64,000 nucleotides of DNA, from assembly GCA_030696105.1 (NCBI GenBank), contig JAUYNJ010000005.1, forward strand, positions 13,678 through 77,677, given 5' to 3'. The position numbers and the translations under genes were made by a program. Positions 19,908 through 27,690 of the stretch are shown here, piece by piece. Numbering within the stretch: the first letter of the stretch is position 1; every line of letters starts with the position of its first letter. Under the pieces are notes generated by a model. It searched no databases, was not told where the DNA came from, and worked only from the letters and a program-made list of their open reading frames with translations. Origin of the DNA: a bacterium (lineage in GTDB: Bacteria > Patescibacteriota > Patescibacteriia > Patescibacteriales > UBA12465).

Positions 19908-21392
19908 TTATTTACAGCCGTCTACATTGCACACCGGTAATTTATCAGAAGTGGGCGCGGCTGTGGTCTGAGTTGTGCTCTGGGAGAGCGACCCTTCTTT
20001 ATCGACTACTTCAATCACGCCACTGTACATGCCCATAGAGCAACTAAAACCAATTTTACCTAAAGAAGTGGGAGTGAACTCAATAATGTTTTCACCTTTA
20101 ACTAGTCTCTGATTAATTTTTAAGGCAGGCACGACTAAGTCACTCGCGCAGGAATAAGGGGAAGTGCTAGTGATGACCCAGCGGACCGGACGATTAACTT
20201 CAACGACTAGGTTTGCGGGGCGGTAGCCGCGACCATGTTGCTCCATCTCAATAATCTGAACCTCTCCCTTAGAGACAGCCCCAGTCTCCGTTTGTGGTGC
20301 AGCGGACGCTTGTAATTTGAGGAAGTTATATCCATTTGTAAAATTTAAAATACCAAAGAGGATAATTATTAATCCGGCAGTCTTAAAGAATAAGCCCTGA
20401 CGCTTACCCTTTATGAGAGCAACGAGCCCGCCTAAGCCAAGTAAGCCGGGAGCAGTACCGAGAGCGAACACACTCATGATTAAGCCGCCACTAATGAAGC
20501 TCCCACTACTTAAGGCAAATATTTGCATTGACTGGGTAAAGCCACAGGGAAGAAAAAAAGAAACAGCCCCGGCAGTGAAGGCGGCGTAGGGGCCGCCGTT
20601 TTTTTTACCTTTGTTAAAATAGCGACCAATGCTTTTAGGTAGGGTTAAACTGAAGCGACCGAAAGCGGGGAAGATATCAAGAATTTGTAAACCAAGAAAA
20701 GCGATTAAGAAACCGATAGCCAGAGTGAGCCAAGCGCTGAAGGCTGGCGAGATTTTTAAGACTGAGCCGACCAGGCCTAGTAAGCCGCCAAGAATAAAAA
20801 AACCAACTATGCGTCCGAGGTTGAAGAATAGGTGAGGTGTAAATTTTCGTAGCGTTGATGCCTCCGGGTGTCTGCGCGCGTAATCAGCGGCGAGAGCCAT
20901 GACAATACCACCAACGAGTGCCATACATGTTGAAACGCCAGCGATAAGCCCGATTAGACTGACGCCGCCGAGACTCAGGTTTTCGGGGCTTAAATTGTTT
21001 TGGATATTACCCCAGCCGAAAATCTGTAGAACACCAAAGAGGCCGGCTGCAATTAAAGCGGCCAGGCCTAAGTCTTTCCACTTTTTGTTTTTGTCATCGC
21101 CATCACCCTTCTCATGTTTGCCGTGAGTGCCACCATTACCATGAGAATGTTTGTCATCATCATTATCGTCATCATTCTCATCAGCTAAATCATAGCCGAT
21201 GGCGCGCAAGGCAAGGCCAACTGCTTGTTTGTCCGGTTTCGTTTGACCGAAATTTATTTCCGCCTCTTGTTTAAGATGGCTCACCTTTGCAGACTTAACG
21301 CCGGGCAAAGAAGTGAGCTTATCCTCACTTAACATCTCACATGCTTTGCAGTGCAGGCCACTGACCTTAACCTTGATGATGTTATCTTTCAT
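19908..21392 (-). CDS. HMA + DsbD_2/TauE-like membrane domain + cupredoxin-like fusion protein
   Basis: GLHCKAC, His/Asp-rich linker, STCMALVGG, FFLPCGFTQSMQ, C-terminal FSCSMGMY. Confidence 0.85.
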   Translation of the reverse strand: MKDNIIKVKVSGLHCKACEMLSEDKLTSLPGVKSAKVSHLKQEAEINFGQTKPDKQAVGLALRAIGYDLADENDDDNDDDKHSHGNGGTHGKHEKGDGDDKNKKWKDLGLAALIAAGLFGVLQIFGWGNIQNNLSPENLSLGGVSLIGLIAGVSTCMALVGGIVMALAADYARRHPEASTLRKFTPHLFFNLGRIVGFFILGGLLGLVGSVLKISPAFSAWLTLAIGFLIAFLGLQILDIFPAFGRFSLTLPKSIGRYFNKGKKNGGPYAAFTAGAVSFFLPCGFTQSMQIFALSSGSFISGGLIMSVFALGTAPGLLGLGGLVALIKGKRQGLFFKTAGLIIILFGILNFTNGYNFLKLQASAAPQTETGAVSKGEVQIIEMEQHGRGYRPANLVVEVNRPVRWVITSTSPYSCASDLVVPALKINQRLVKGENIIEFTPTSLGKIGFSCSMGMYSGVIEVVDKEGSLSQSTTQTTAAPTSDKLPVCNVDGCK

Positions 21393-21395
21393 ATT

Positions 21396-21668
21396 TTATT
21401 TATTTGCTAGTTTGTTTACTTTTAAAATCTCCTCAATCATTTTTTTCTGAATGACTTCGTTATCCGAAGCCATCGCGCTTTTAAAACAAGTATTTAAATG
21501 GTTCGCTAAGAGCATCTGATGCGCCGACTTCAATAATCCAACGGCCGCTAAGTTCTGCTGCATTACATCCATGCAGTATTCCCCGGACTCAACCATTTGA
21601 ATTAGCTTCTCGCTCAAACTGCGGGCTTTTTTTAAATTGATTAAAATGTCTTGTTTCTCTTTGGTCAT
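21396..21668 (-). CDS. csoR: CsoR/RcnR family metal-sensing repressor
   Basis: YCxDVxQQ...HLNTC (Cys-His-Cys ligand set); first gene of the copper operon; ATG at 21668. Confidence 0.85.
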   Translation of the reverse strand: MTKEKQDILINLKKARSLSEKLIQMVESGEYCMDVMQQNLAAVGLLKSAHQMLLANHLNTCFKSAMASDNEVIQKKMIEEILKVNKLANK

Positions 21669-21712
21669 AAAGTTAATCACTTTGATATTTTAGTATGTTT
21701 AATATAATTTAG

Positions 21713-21727
21713 ACCTGGGGGGTAGGT
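21713..21727. promoter_or_regulatory. Putative CsoR operator
   Basis: ACCT-GGGGGG-T-AGGT: inverted repeat around a G6 tract, at the predicted transcription start of the copper operon. Confidence 0.7.
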
Positions 21728-21733
21728 GTCTGA

Positions 21734-21762
21734 ATTTTAGCATATTCGGTTTAGCCATGCAA
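21734..21762 (-). promoter_or_regulatory. Sigma70 promoter of the copper operon
   Basis: Minus strand TTGCAT (21762-21757), 17 bp, TAAAAT (21739-21734) with extended -10 TG. Confidence 0.7.
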
Positions 21763-21878
21763 GAGTATAAAAAAACAACCCAAGTGTTTGGGTTAAGAAT
21801 TTGATTCAGACAGCGCTATTATATTGCCATGACGTCAAGGGTAGATTTGGGGACAAAATCAGTATACAATATATACAT

Positions 21879-23063
21879 ATGATTGGTGGCTTACCCCTGG
21901 CGGCGTATTTACGCCCGAAACAATTAGAAGAAGTCGTCGGACAGACTCATTTGTTATCTGCTGACAGTTGGCTTGTACAAGCGATTAAAAATGATCGCGT
22001 CTCTTCGCTTATCTTCTGGGGTCCACCCGGGTCCGGTAAAACCACTTTAGCTTCTTTAATTGCCAAGGAAACGAAATCAGACTTCGTTGAACTGTCAGCA
22101 ACGGAAAGCGGGGTGAAGGATTTGAAAAAGATAATTGAACAGGCCCGCTCGGGCAAGCGACTGGGAGTAAAGACGATTCTATTTATCGATGAAATTCATC
22201 GTTGGAATAAAGCGCAACAGGATGCACTCTTGCCGCAGGTAGAAAATGGCACCGTCACCCTGATTGGTGCGACGACCGAAAATCCGAGCTTTGCTGTTAA
22301 CGGTGCTCTATTGTCCCGCGTTAAAGTGGTTGTGCTTGAGCTCCTTAATGAAGAAGACCTCGCCTTAATTGTAAAGCGAGCAGTGAAGGTCTTAAAGGTA
22401 AAGATTAAACCAGACGCCCTGCGTTTAGCGGCGCGCCTGGCGAATGGTGATGCCCGCAAAGCGATTAATTTAATTGAATCAGCAGCCGAGCATACACCAA
22501 ACATTGATATTACCACTTTAAAGCAGATAATTAATAAACCGAATCTCTTATACGATAAAACTGGTGAGGAGCATTATAATTTAATTTCCGCCTTACATAA
22601 ATCAATGCGCGGGAATAATCCTGACGCTTCTTTATACTATTTAGCGCGCATGCTCGAGGCGGGCGAGGATCCATTATACATTGCCCGTCGCTTAGTGCGT
22701 TTTGCGAGTGAAGATGTCGGGGTTGCAAATAACAGCGCCTTGTTACTCGCCGTTGCTGCTTTTGATGCCTGCAAGAATATTGGGATGCCAGAATGCGGGG
22801 TACATTTAGCTCACGCTGCGGCCTATCTTGCTAAGTCGCCCAAAAGCATTGAGGTCTACATGGGCTATAACGCTGCGGTCGCGGAAGTGCGAGAAAGTGG
22901 TAATCTTCCCGTGCCCTTACACTTACGCAACGCCCCGACGAAGTTAATGAAGGAGCTTGATTACGGTAAAGGATATAAGTACACGCCAATGGAAGACGAC
23001 TCAACTCAAGAGTATATGCCAGCAGCCTTAAAGGGCAGGAAATTTCTAAATAAAAAGAAATAA
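21879..23063 (+). CDS. rarA: Replication-associated recombination protein A (RarA/MgsA AAA+ ATPase)
   Basis: PLAxxLRP, WGPPGSGKTT, FIDEIHRWNKAQQDALLP, GATTENPSF, VPLHLRNAPT; ATG at 21879. Confidence 0.93.
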   Translation: MIGGLPLAAYLRPKQLEEVVGQTHLLSADSWLVQAIKNDRVSSLIFWGPPGSGKTTLASLIAKETKSDFVELSATESGVKDLKKIIEQARSGKRLGVKTILFIDEIHRWNKAQQDALLPQVENGTVTLIGATTENPSFAVNGALLSRVKVVVLELLNEEDLALIVKRAVKVLKVKIKPDALRLAARLANGDARKAINLIESAAEHTPNIDITTLKQIINKPNLLYDKTGEEHYNLISALHKSMRGNNPDASLYYLARMLEAGEDPLYIARRLVRFASEDVGVANNSALLLAVAAFDACKNIGMPECGVHLAHAAAYLAKSPKSIEVYMGYNAAVAEVRESGNLPVPLHLRNAPTKLMKELDYGKGYKYTPMEDDSTQEYMPAALKGRKFLNKKK

Positions 23064-23741
23064 TTAACAACGCGTAAGACTAAATTTATAACCTCGCCCT
23101 GGGATGGTGTGAATATAGTCGGCTTCGCCAGCAGAGTTCAATTTTTTGCGCAGACTCATGATATGGGCTTCAATGGTGTTAGAAAAGGGGTCGGCGTTAT
23201 TTTCCCAAACCTGTTCCATAATTTGACTGCGCGATAACACCTCTTGTCGGCGACGGAAAAATAGTTCAAGCAGGGCGTATTCCTTACCTGTAAGATAGAT
23301 GCGCCTGCCATTGCGACTAGCTAACTGACTTTTAGGATCAAGACAAAGCTTACCCATGCGCCATGTGCGCGAGCTAATTACTTGCGGGCGCCGCAGTAGC
23401 GCTTGTACTCGCCATAGGAACTCTTCAAATAAAAATGGCTTCGTTAAATAATCATCAGCACCTTCTTTAAACATCAGTCCTTTATTCGCGGGATCTGCAT
23501 TTACAGTTAAGGCGAGAACTGGCACCCGTACGCCCTCGCGCCTTATTTGTTTAAGGACGGCTAGACCATCCATTTTCGGCAGGTTGCCATCAAGTACGAT
23601 GAGATCAAAGCGACCGGTGCGCGCTAAGAAGGCGCCTTGCTCGCCATCATAAGCGGCATCGACTACATAACCCTTCGCCTTCAGTCCGCGGCTTAAGAAA
23701 GAGACGATATCTTTTTCATCATCGATAATCAAGATTTTCAT
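23064..23741 (-). CDS. OmpR/PhoB-family response regulator (no adjacent kinase)
   Basis: Receiver domain (IIDDE, LDGNLP, GADDYLTKPF) plus winged helix (NTIEAHIMSLRKKL..IHTIPGRGY). Confidence 0.9.
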   Translation of the reverse strand: MKILIIDDEKDIVSFLSRGLKAKGYVVDAAYDGEQGAFLARTGRFDLIVLDGNLPKMDGLAVLKQIRREGVRVPVLALTVNADPANKGLMFKEGADDYLTKPFLFEEFLWRVQALLRRPQVISSRTWRMGKLCLDPKSQLASRNGRRIYLTGKEYALLELFFRRRQEVLSRSQIMEQVWENNADPFSNTIEAHIMSLRKKLNSAGEADYIHTIPGRGYKFSLTRC

Positions 23742-23846
23742 ATAAAAATATATTTACGCTCTCTAAAGTGGAGCTTGAGGTAATTATAACTGAGGAGCGC
23801 TAAATTAAATTTAACGTTTTATCACTAAAAAATAACGTTCTCGCAA

Positions 23847-23875
23847 TAGACAGTCCGCCCGCTATCATTTATAAT
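23847..23875 (+). promoter_or_regulatory. Sigma70 promoter of hisS
   Basis: TAGACA, 17 bp, TATAAT. Confidence 0.6.
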
Positions 23876-23894
23876 AAAATCAGCAATAAAATAT

Positions 23895-25172
23895 ATGGCC
23901 AAGACAAAATTAAGTAATCAAGAACCGAAAGGGACGAGCGACTGGCTACCGTCCGAATTTGCGATACGCAATTATATTTTTTCAACCTGGCGCTCTGTCT
24001 GTCGCAGTTACGGCTTTGAAGAGTATTTAACTCCGCTCGTTGAATCAGCGGAAATATACCGCGCGAAATCAGGTGAGGACGTCGGTGGTAAGGAACTTGT
24101 GACCTTCACTGACTTAGGGGGCAGGGAATTATGCATTCGCCCGGAAATGACGCCATCAGTTACTCGTCTCGTTTCTAAAGTTTACACCTCATCACCAAAG
24201 CCCCTTAAATATTTTTCCATTGCCAATTTTATGCGCAATGAAAAGCCACAGCGCGGGCGCAACCGTGAATTTTGGCAACTTAATTGTGATATCTTTGGGA
24301 GCGCTTCGCTTGGTTCTGATTTAGAAATACTACAGCTTTCGCTTGATGTTATGCGGGCCTTTAAGGCTCCAGAAGAGTCATACGTGCTACGCCTTAATAG
24401 TCGTCGTTTACTCGACAATCTGCTGCCGATTTTTGGCCTGCAGGGCGAAAGGGCACCAGTCTTTCGTATCTTAGATAAATTCAGCAAGTTAAGCCGTGAT
24501 GAGTTTGAGCGTCGCTTAATTGAAGTAGGCGCTGATGCTGCATCAGCCAAACAAGTATCCGCTTTTATGGCTGGCGAGTCTGACGATGTATTTGCCGCTG
24601 CTATCTTAAAAAGTGAGGAATTGAAAGCTGCTAAGCAAGAAATTGATTTTGTCATAAATCAACTCCAAGCCCTTGGTTATACTCAAGTTAAATTCGACCC
24701 CACTCTAATTCGCGGTTTCGATTACTATGACGGCTTAGTGTTTGAGGTGTTTGATAATCATGTCGATAATCGTCGCGCCTTATTTGGCGGCGGTCGCTAT
24801 AACGGTTTGGCAGAGATATTTGGGAGCGAGAGTTTTCCGGCTGTTGGTGTGGCGCCTGGTGATGAAACCACTCGCCTCTTCCTTGAAAGCTGGGGGCTGC
24901 TCCCTAAAATAGAAGATGAAAGATATTATCTGCCCTTACTTGATTCTTCGCTCTTAGCTGATACACAACGCTTGGCAATAGCTTTACGCGCAGAAGGCAA
25001 ACAAGTCTTATTTGCCTTTGAACCGCAACGACCAGGTAAGGCTTTAGAGTTTGCCAATAAGCAGGGTATAAAAAATGTAGTCATCTTCGGTAGTGAAGAA
25101 AAAGCTAAGGGTGAGTATAAGTTAAAAGACATGGAGAAAGGCTCTGAAGTTAGTCTGAAGCTGCCGAAGTAA
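23895..25172 (+). CDS. hisS: Histidine--tRNA ligase
   Basis: PKGTxD, RPEMTPS, RNEKPQRGRNREFWQ, RGFDYYDG, GGGRY. Confidence 0.93.
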   Translation: MAKTKLSNQEPKGTSDWLPSEFAIRNYIFSTWRSVCRSYGFEEYLTPLVESAEIYRAKSGEDVGGKELVTFTDLGGRELCIRPEMTPSVTRLVSKVYTSSPKPLKYFSIANFMRNEKPQRGRNREFWQLNCDIFGSASLGSDLEILQLSLDVMRAFKAPEESYVLRLNSRRLLDNLLPIFGLQGERAPVFRILDKFSKLSRDEFERRLIEVGADAASAKQVSAFMAGESDDVFAAAILKSEELKAAKQEIDFVINQLQALGYTQVKFDPTLIRGFDYYDGLVFEVFDNHVDNRRALFGGGRYNGLAEIFGSESFPAVGVAPGDETTRLFLESWGLLPKIEDERYYLPLLDSSLLADTQRLAIALRAEGKQVLFAFEPQRPGKALEFANKQGIKNVVIFGSEEKAKGEYKLKDMEKGSEVSLKLPK

Positions 25173-25209
25173 GGCTTGCTACCTGCATCTCAATATATTA
25201 AGTCTATAT

Positions 25210-25242
25210 AAAAAAGCGCCTCCTAGTAGGAGACGCTTTTTT
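25210..25242. terminator. Bidirectional terminator between hisS and rnhB
   Basis: AAAAAAGCG-CCTCCTA-G-TAGGAG-ACGCTTTTTT. Confidence 0.65.
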
Positions 25243-25858
25243 CTTTTTGTTTGAAGGGGGCGAAGCTGAGACGGTGGATGGGGCAGGGACCAAACTCTTT
25301 TATTTTTTCCATGTGTCTTTTGGTGCCGTAACCTTTATGCTTACCAAACTCGTATTCAGGGAATTGTTTGTCAGCCTCGGCCATAATCCAGTCACGACTA
25401 ACTTTGGCGATGATAGAGGCAGCGGCGATGACAAAAATCTTGGCATCACCGTCTATTACTGTTTGTTGAGTAATATCTAATTTTGGTATTTTGGTGTTAC
25501 CGTCTACTAAAACATAGTCCGGCTTTATCGCCAGCTTATTGATTGCTTGCTGCATGGCGGAGAGGGTGCTTTGTAAAATATTGATGCGATCGATGGCGTG
25601 ATTGTTAACGACGCTAATTTCCACCGCTAAGGCCTTTTGCTTAATAACACTGAATAACTGTTCACGCCGCTTCGCGCTCAGTTTTTTTGAATCTGCTACA
25701 AGGCGAAGTTCATCGGAATCAATGGCAAAATCAGGGCCAATGACAACACAGGCGGCCACCACGGGGCCAGCGAGTGGTCCGCGCCCAGCTTCATCAAGAC
25801 CGCCGATAAGCTTATAGCCAGAATTGAAAATATTTTGTTCAAAGGCTAAGTCTAACAT
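25223..25858 (-). CDS. rnhB: Ribonuclease HII
   Basis: GLDEAGRGPLAGPVVA, DSKKL, VDGN, AAASIIAKVSRD, HKGYGT. Confidence 0.95.
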   Translation of the reverse strand: MLDLAFEQNIFNSGYKLIGGLDEAGRGPLAGPVVAACVVIGPDFAIDSDELRLVADSKKLSAKRREQLFSVIKQKALAVEISVVNNHAIDRINILQSTLSAMQQAINKLAIKPDYVLVDGNTKIPKLDITQQTVIDGDAKIFVIAAASIIAKVSRDWIMAEADKQFPEYEFGKHKGYGTKRHMEKIKEFGPCPIHRLSFAPFKQKEKSVSY

Positions 25859-25942
25859 GTTTCAATTATAGCAAATATTTTTTAAATGCATAAATGATAC
25901 TTTACAAACAATATACCTTGTGGCAATCTATTAGCAGTATCA

Positions 25943-26026
25943 GCCCGGATGGCGGAATTGGTAGACGCGCTAGCTTCAGGTGCTAGTCTCCGCAAGGAGG
26001 TGGGGGTTCGAGTCCCCCTTCGGGCA
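25943..26026 (+). tRNA. tRNA-Leu(CAG), long variable arm, CCA not encoded
   Basis: Cloverleaf GCCCGGA/TTCGGGC acceptor, D-loop GAATTGGTAGA, anticodon stem CTAGC/GCTAG with TT-CAG-GT loop, variable hairpin CTCC-GCAA-GGAG, TTCGAGT T-loop. Confidence 0.95.
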
Positions 26027-26041
26027 CTGATAAATAATATA

Positions 26042-26115
26042 GGTCGTTTAGCTCAGCTGGTTAGAGCGCTGCATTCACATTGCAGAGGTCAGTGGTTCGA
26101 GTCCACTAACGACCA
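26042..26115 (+). tRNA. tRNA-Val(CAC), CCA not encoded
   Basis: GGTCGTT/AACGACC acceptor, GCTC/GAGC D-stem, CTGCA/TGCAG anticodon stem with TT-CAC-AT loop, AGTGG-TTCGAGT-CCACT T-arm. Confidence 0.95.
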
Positions 26116-26116
26116 C

Positions 26117-26156
26117 AAAAAAAGAGGGGCTTCATGTTTTACCATGAGCCCCTTTG
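26117..26156. terminator. Bidirectional terminator shared by the tRNA pair and an opposing small RNA
   Basis: A7-GAGGGGCTTCATG...CATGAGCCCCTTTG; the U7 tail is on the minus strand. Confidence 0.75.
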
Positions 26157-26233
26157 TTGTGGCACCGCTCGGATTCAAAAAGCAGCAACTAAAAAAATCG
26201 AGCCTGACCGCAACTAAAATCTTAACTTCTGCT
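26117..26233 (-). ncRNA. Putative unannotated small RNA (~117 nt)
   Basis: Bounded by a perfect TTGACA-17-TATAAT promoter and a GC hairpin plus U7 terminator; internal long stem; no credible ORF. Confidence 0.55.
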
Positions 26234-26238
26234 GGATA

Positions 26239-26267
26239 ATTATACTATTAAATTCTGAACCTGTCAA
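26239..26267 (-). promoter_or_regulatory. Consensus sigma70 promoter driving the putative sRNA
   Basis: Minus strand TTGACA (26267-26262), 17 bp, TATAAT (26244-26239). Confidence 0.75.
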
Positions 26268-26380
26268 TAGCTTTGCTAAGACCTGCTATTAGGCTGAAAT
26301 CACCACATTTTCCTGCTTAGATTAGATTTTTTCTGACTTTATGGTAAAATGTGAGAGTCACACTTCATAATTACAATTAT

Positions 26381-26863
26381 ATGAATAAAAATCATTTATT
26401 CTTAATACTCGGTATCATAATTATTGTCTCAGCGCTTATTTTGCGTATTACCAAGCAAGCACACGAGAGTCCAGTCACTCCAGTTGCTGCCCCGATTGTA
26501 AATGAGCCACCGGCCACTTCGACTGACTCAGAGAAAGCGCCTGTCGAAGTTGAATTATTTACCCCAGAATTGAATGGCCTAGTTAGCAGTCCTTATACCG
26601 TGTATGGTCGCGCTCATGGATCCTGGTTCTTTGAGGCTGTTTTGCCTGTTGTGCTTACCGATGCTCGCGGCACTGTCTTAGTGCAAACATATGGGACAGC
26701 GATTGGTGACTGGATGCTTGATGGTTGGGTTGAGTTTACTTCGGATCTAGAGTTCGACGCCTTTGGCGCCGAAAGTGGATATTTAATCATTAAGAAAGAT
26801 AATCCCTCTGGCCTACCGGAACATGATGCGCAAGTGTCGTTCCCGGTTCGTCTGGCAGAGTAA
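26381..26863 (+). CDS. Membrane-anchored Gmad2 immunoglobulin-like domain protein
   Basis: N-terminal TM, Pro/Thr linker, GxWFFEAxxPV..DWM..KDNPSGLPE motif; ATG at 26381. Confidence 0.8.
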   Translation: MNKNHLFLILGIIIIVSALILRITKQAHESPVTPVAAPIVNEPPATSTDSEKAPVEVELFTPELNGLVSSPYTVYGRAHGSWFFEAVLPVVLTDARGTVLVQTYGTAIGDWMLDGWVEFTSDLEFDAFGAESGYLIIKKDNPSGLPEHDAQVSFPVRLAE

Positions 26864-26864
26864 T

Positions 26865-27686
26865 ATGAAGATAGATTACTTACCCGACCTGGTGCCGGGG
26901 CAAACAATTGACCTCGATAAATTTAACAGGCCACCAAGACTCGAAACCGATAAATTGCAACAGTTGTTTAAAGAACGCCTGGCTGTCAAGAGCTTGGAGT
27001 ACAATAATCAGTTCGGTCGGGAGTGGCTTAATAGCGATGGCTCAGTCAAACATTTTGACCACCCAGACCGAGCAGAAGATGAGCGTTTAAATGCTATGCA
27101 AGAAGAGCAGTGGGCCAAGGAGATGGGCAAAAGTGTTGAGGAGTGGCGCTTAGCTAAGGAACGTGCCCCTGCAACTTTAACGGAAATGGCTTTGACTATT
27201 TTACTACAGCGGTTACTACCAGAGCGTTTTATGATTGTTCGAAGCTCTGCTTACGATGATTATAATAATGGTGTTGATCAGTTAATTATTGATAAGGAGA
27301 CGGGCTTAGTTGTTTGTGGTATCGATGAGGTTATTGAAAATGTGAACAAGCCTGGACCCGGTATGAAGGAAGAGAAAGTTAGAAACAAGATGCTTAATGG
27401 TGGTGCGGAAGTAAAGTACGGTGCTCGCGTTGTCGAGGGCGAATTGATTTTAGGGGACATTGGTCGCGTGCCGGCATTTTATATTTCTCTTAGTAAGTCT
27501 GATTTAGTTAAGCTGGGAGCAGCCTTAGCGGAGGAGTCGCCGACTGACTTTGAAAAAGCTTTATTACGCGATGTTAAAGCTTCTTTACAAGCTCAGGCCC
27601 GCTCCTATGGGAGTTTGAATTTGTCGCGGAATTTGAGAAAAAGCTTGAATACATTCACAGCCACTCTCGAGAGTTGGGCTACCTAA
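26865..27686 (+). CDS. Hypothetical protein, possible PD-(D/E)XK nuclease-like fold
   Basis: Open 273-codon frame from ATG 26865; acidic motif SSAYDDYNNGVDQLIID...GIDE. Confidence 0.6.
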   Translation: MKIDYLPDLVPGQTIDLDKFNRPPRLETDKLQQLFKERLAVKSLEYNNQFGREWLNSDGSVKHFDHPDRAEDERLNAMQEEQWAKEMGKSVEEWRLAKERAPATLTEMALTILLQRLLPERFMIVRSSAYDDYNNGVDQLIIDKETGLVVCGIDEVIENVNKPGPGMKEEKVRNKMLNGGAEVKYGARVVEGELILGDIGRVPAFYISLSKSDLVKLGAALAEESPTDFEKALLRDVKASLQAQARSYGSLNLSRNLRKSLNTFTATLESWAT

Positions 27687-27690
27687 ATTT

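Noticed and set aside
21801..21878. N-terminal extension of rarA, and similar extensions in the ORF track for mraZ, copA, tsaB and 26823
   Set aside because: Upstream alternative starts overlap promoters or neighbouring genes; recognisable family sequence begins at the downstream ATG
24830..24890. HisRS motif 3 reads GVAPGDET instead of GxGxER
   Set aside because: GD-type motif-3 variants occur in a known HisRS subgroup and all other motifs are intact; not evidence of inactivation
25943..26115. tRNAs lacking encoded CCA
   Set aside because: Common in bacteria and explained by the CCA-adding enzyme at 61051-62517
26161..26215. tracrRNA-, SRP- or tmRNA-like fragments in the putative sRNA (GGCACCG, GGTCAGG, a frame ending LVAAF-stop)
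   Set aside because: No cas genes or CRISPR repeats in the window; the SRP GGAA tetraloop and downstream AGCAG are missing; no tmRNA acceptor ends and far too short
25949..26239. 96-aa plus-strand ORF
   Set aside because: It runs through both tRNA genes and their terminator; spurious translation of structural RNA
25943..27686. Possible integrative element at the tRNA pair
   Set aside because: No integrase, no duplicated 3' end of either tRNA seen, and downstream genes are coupled to cysS
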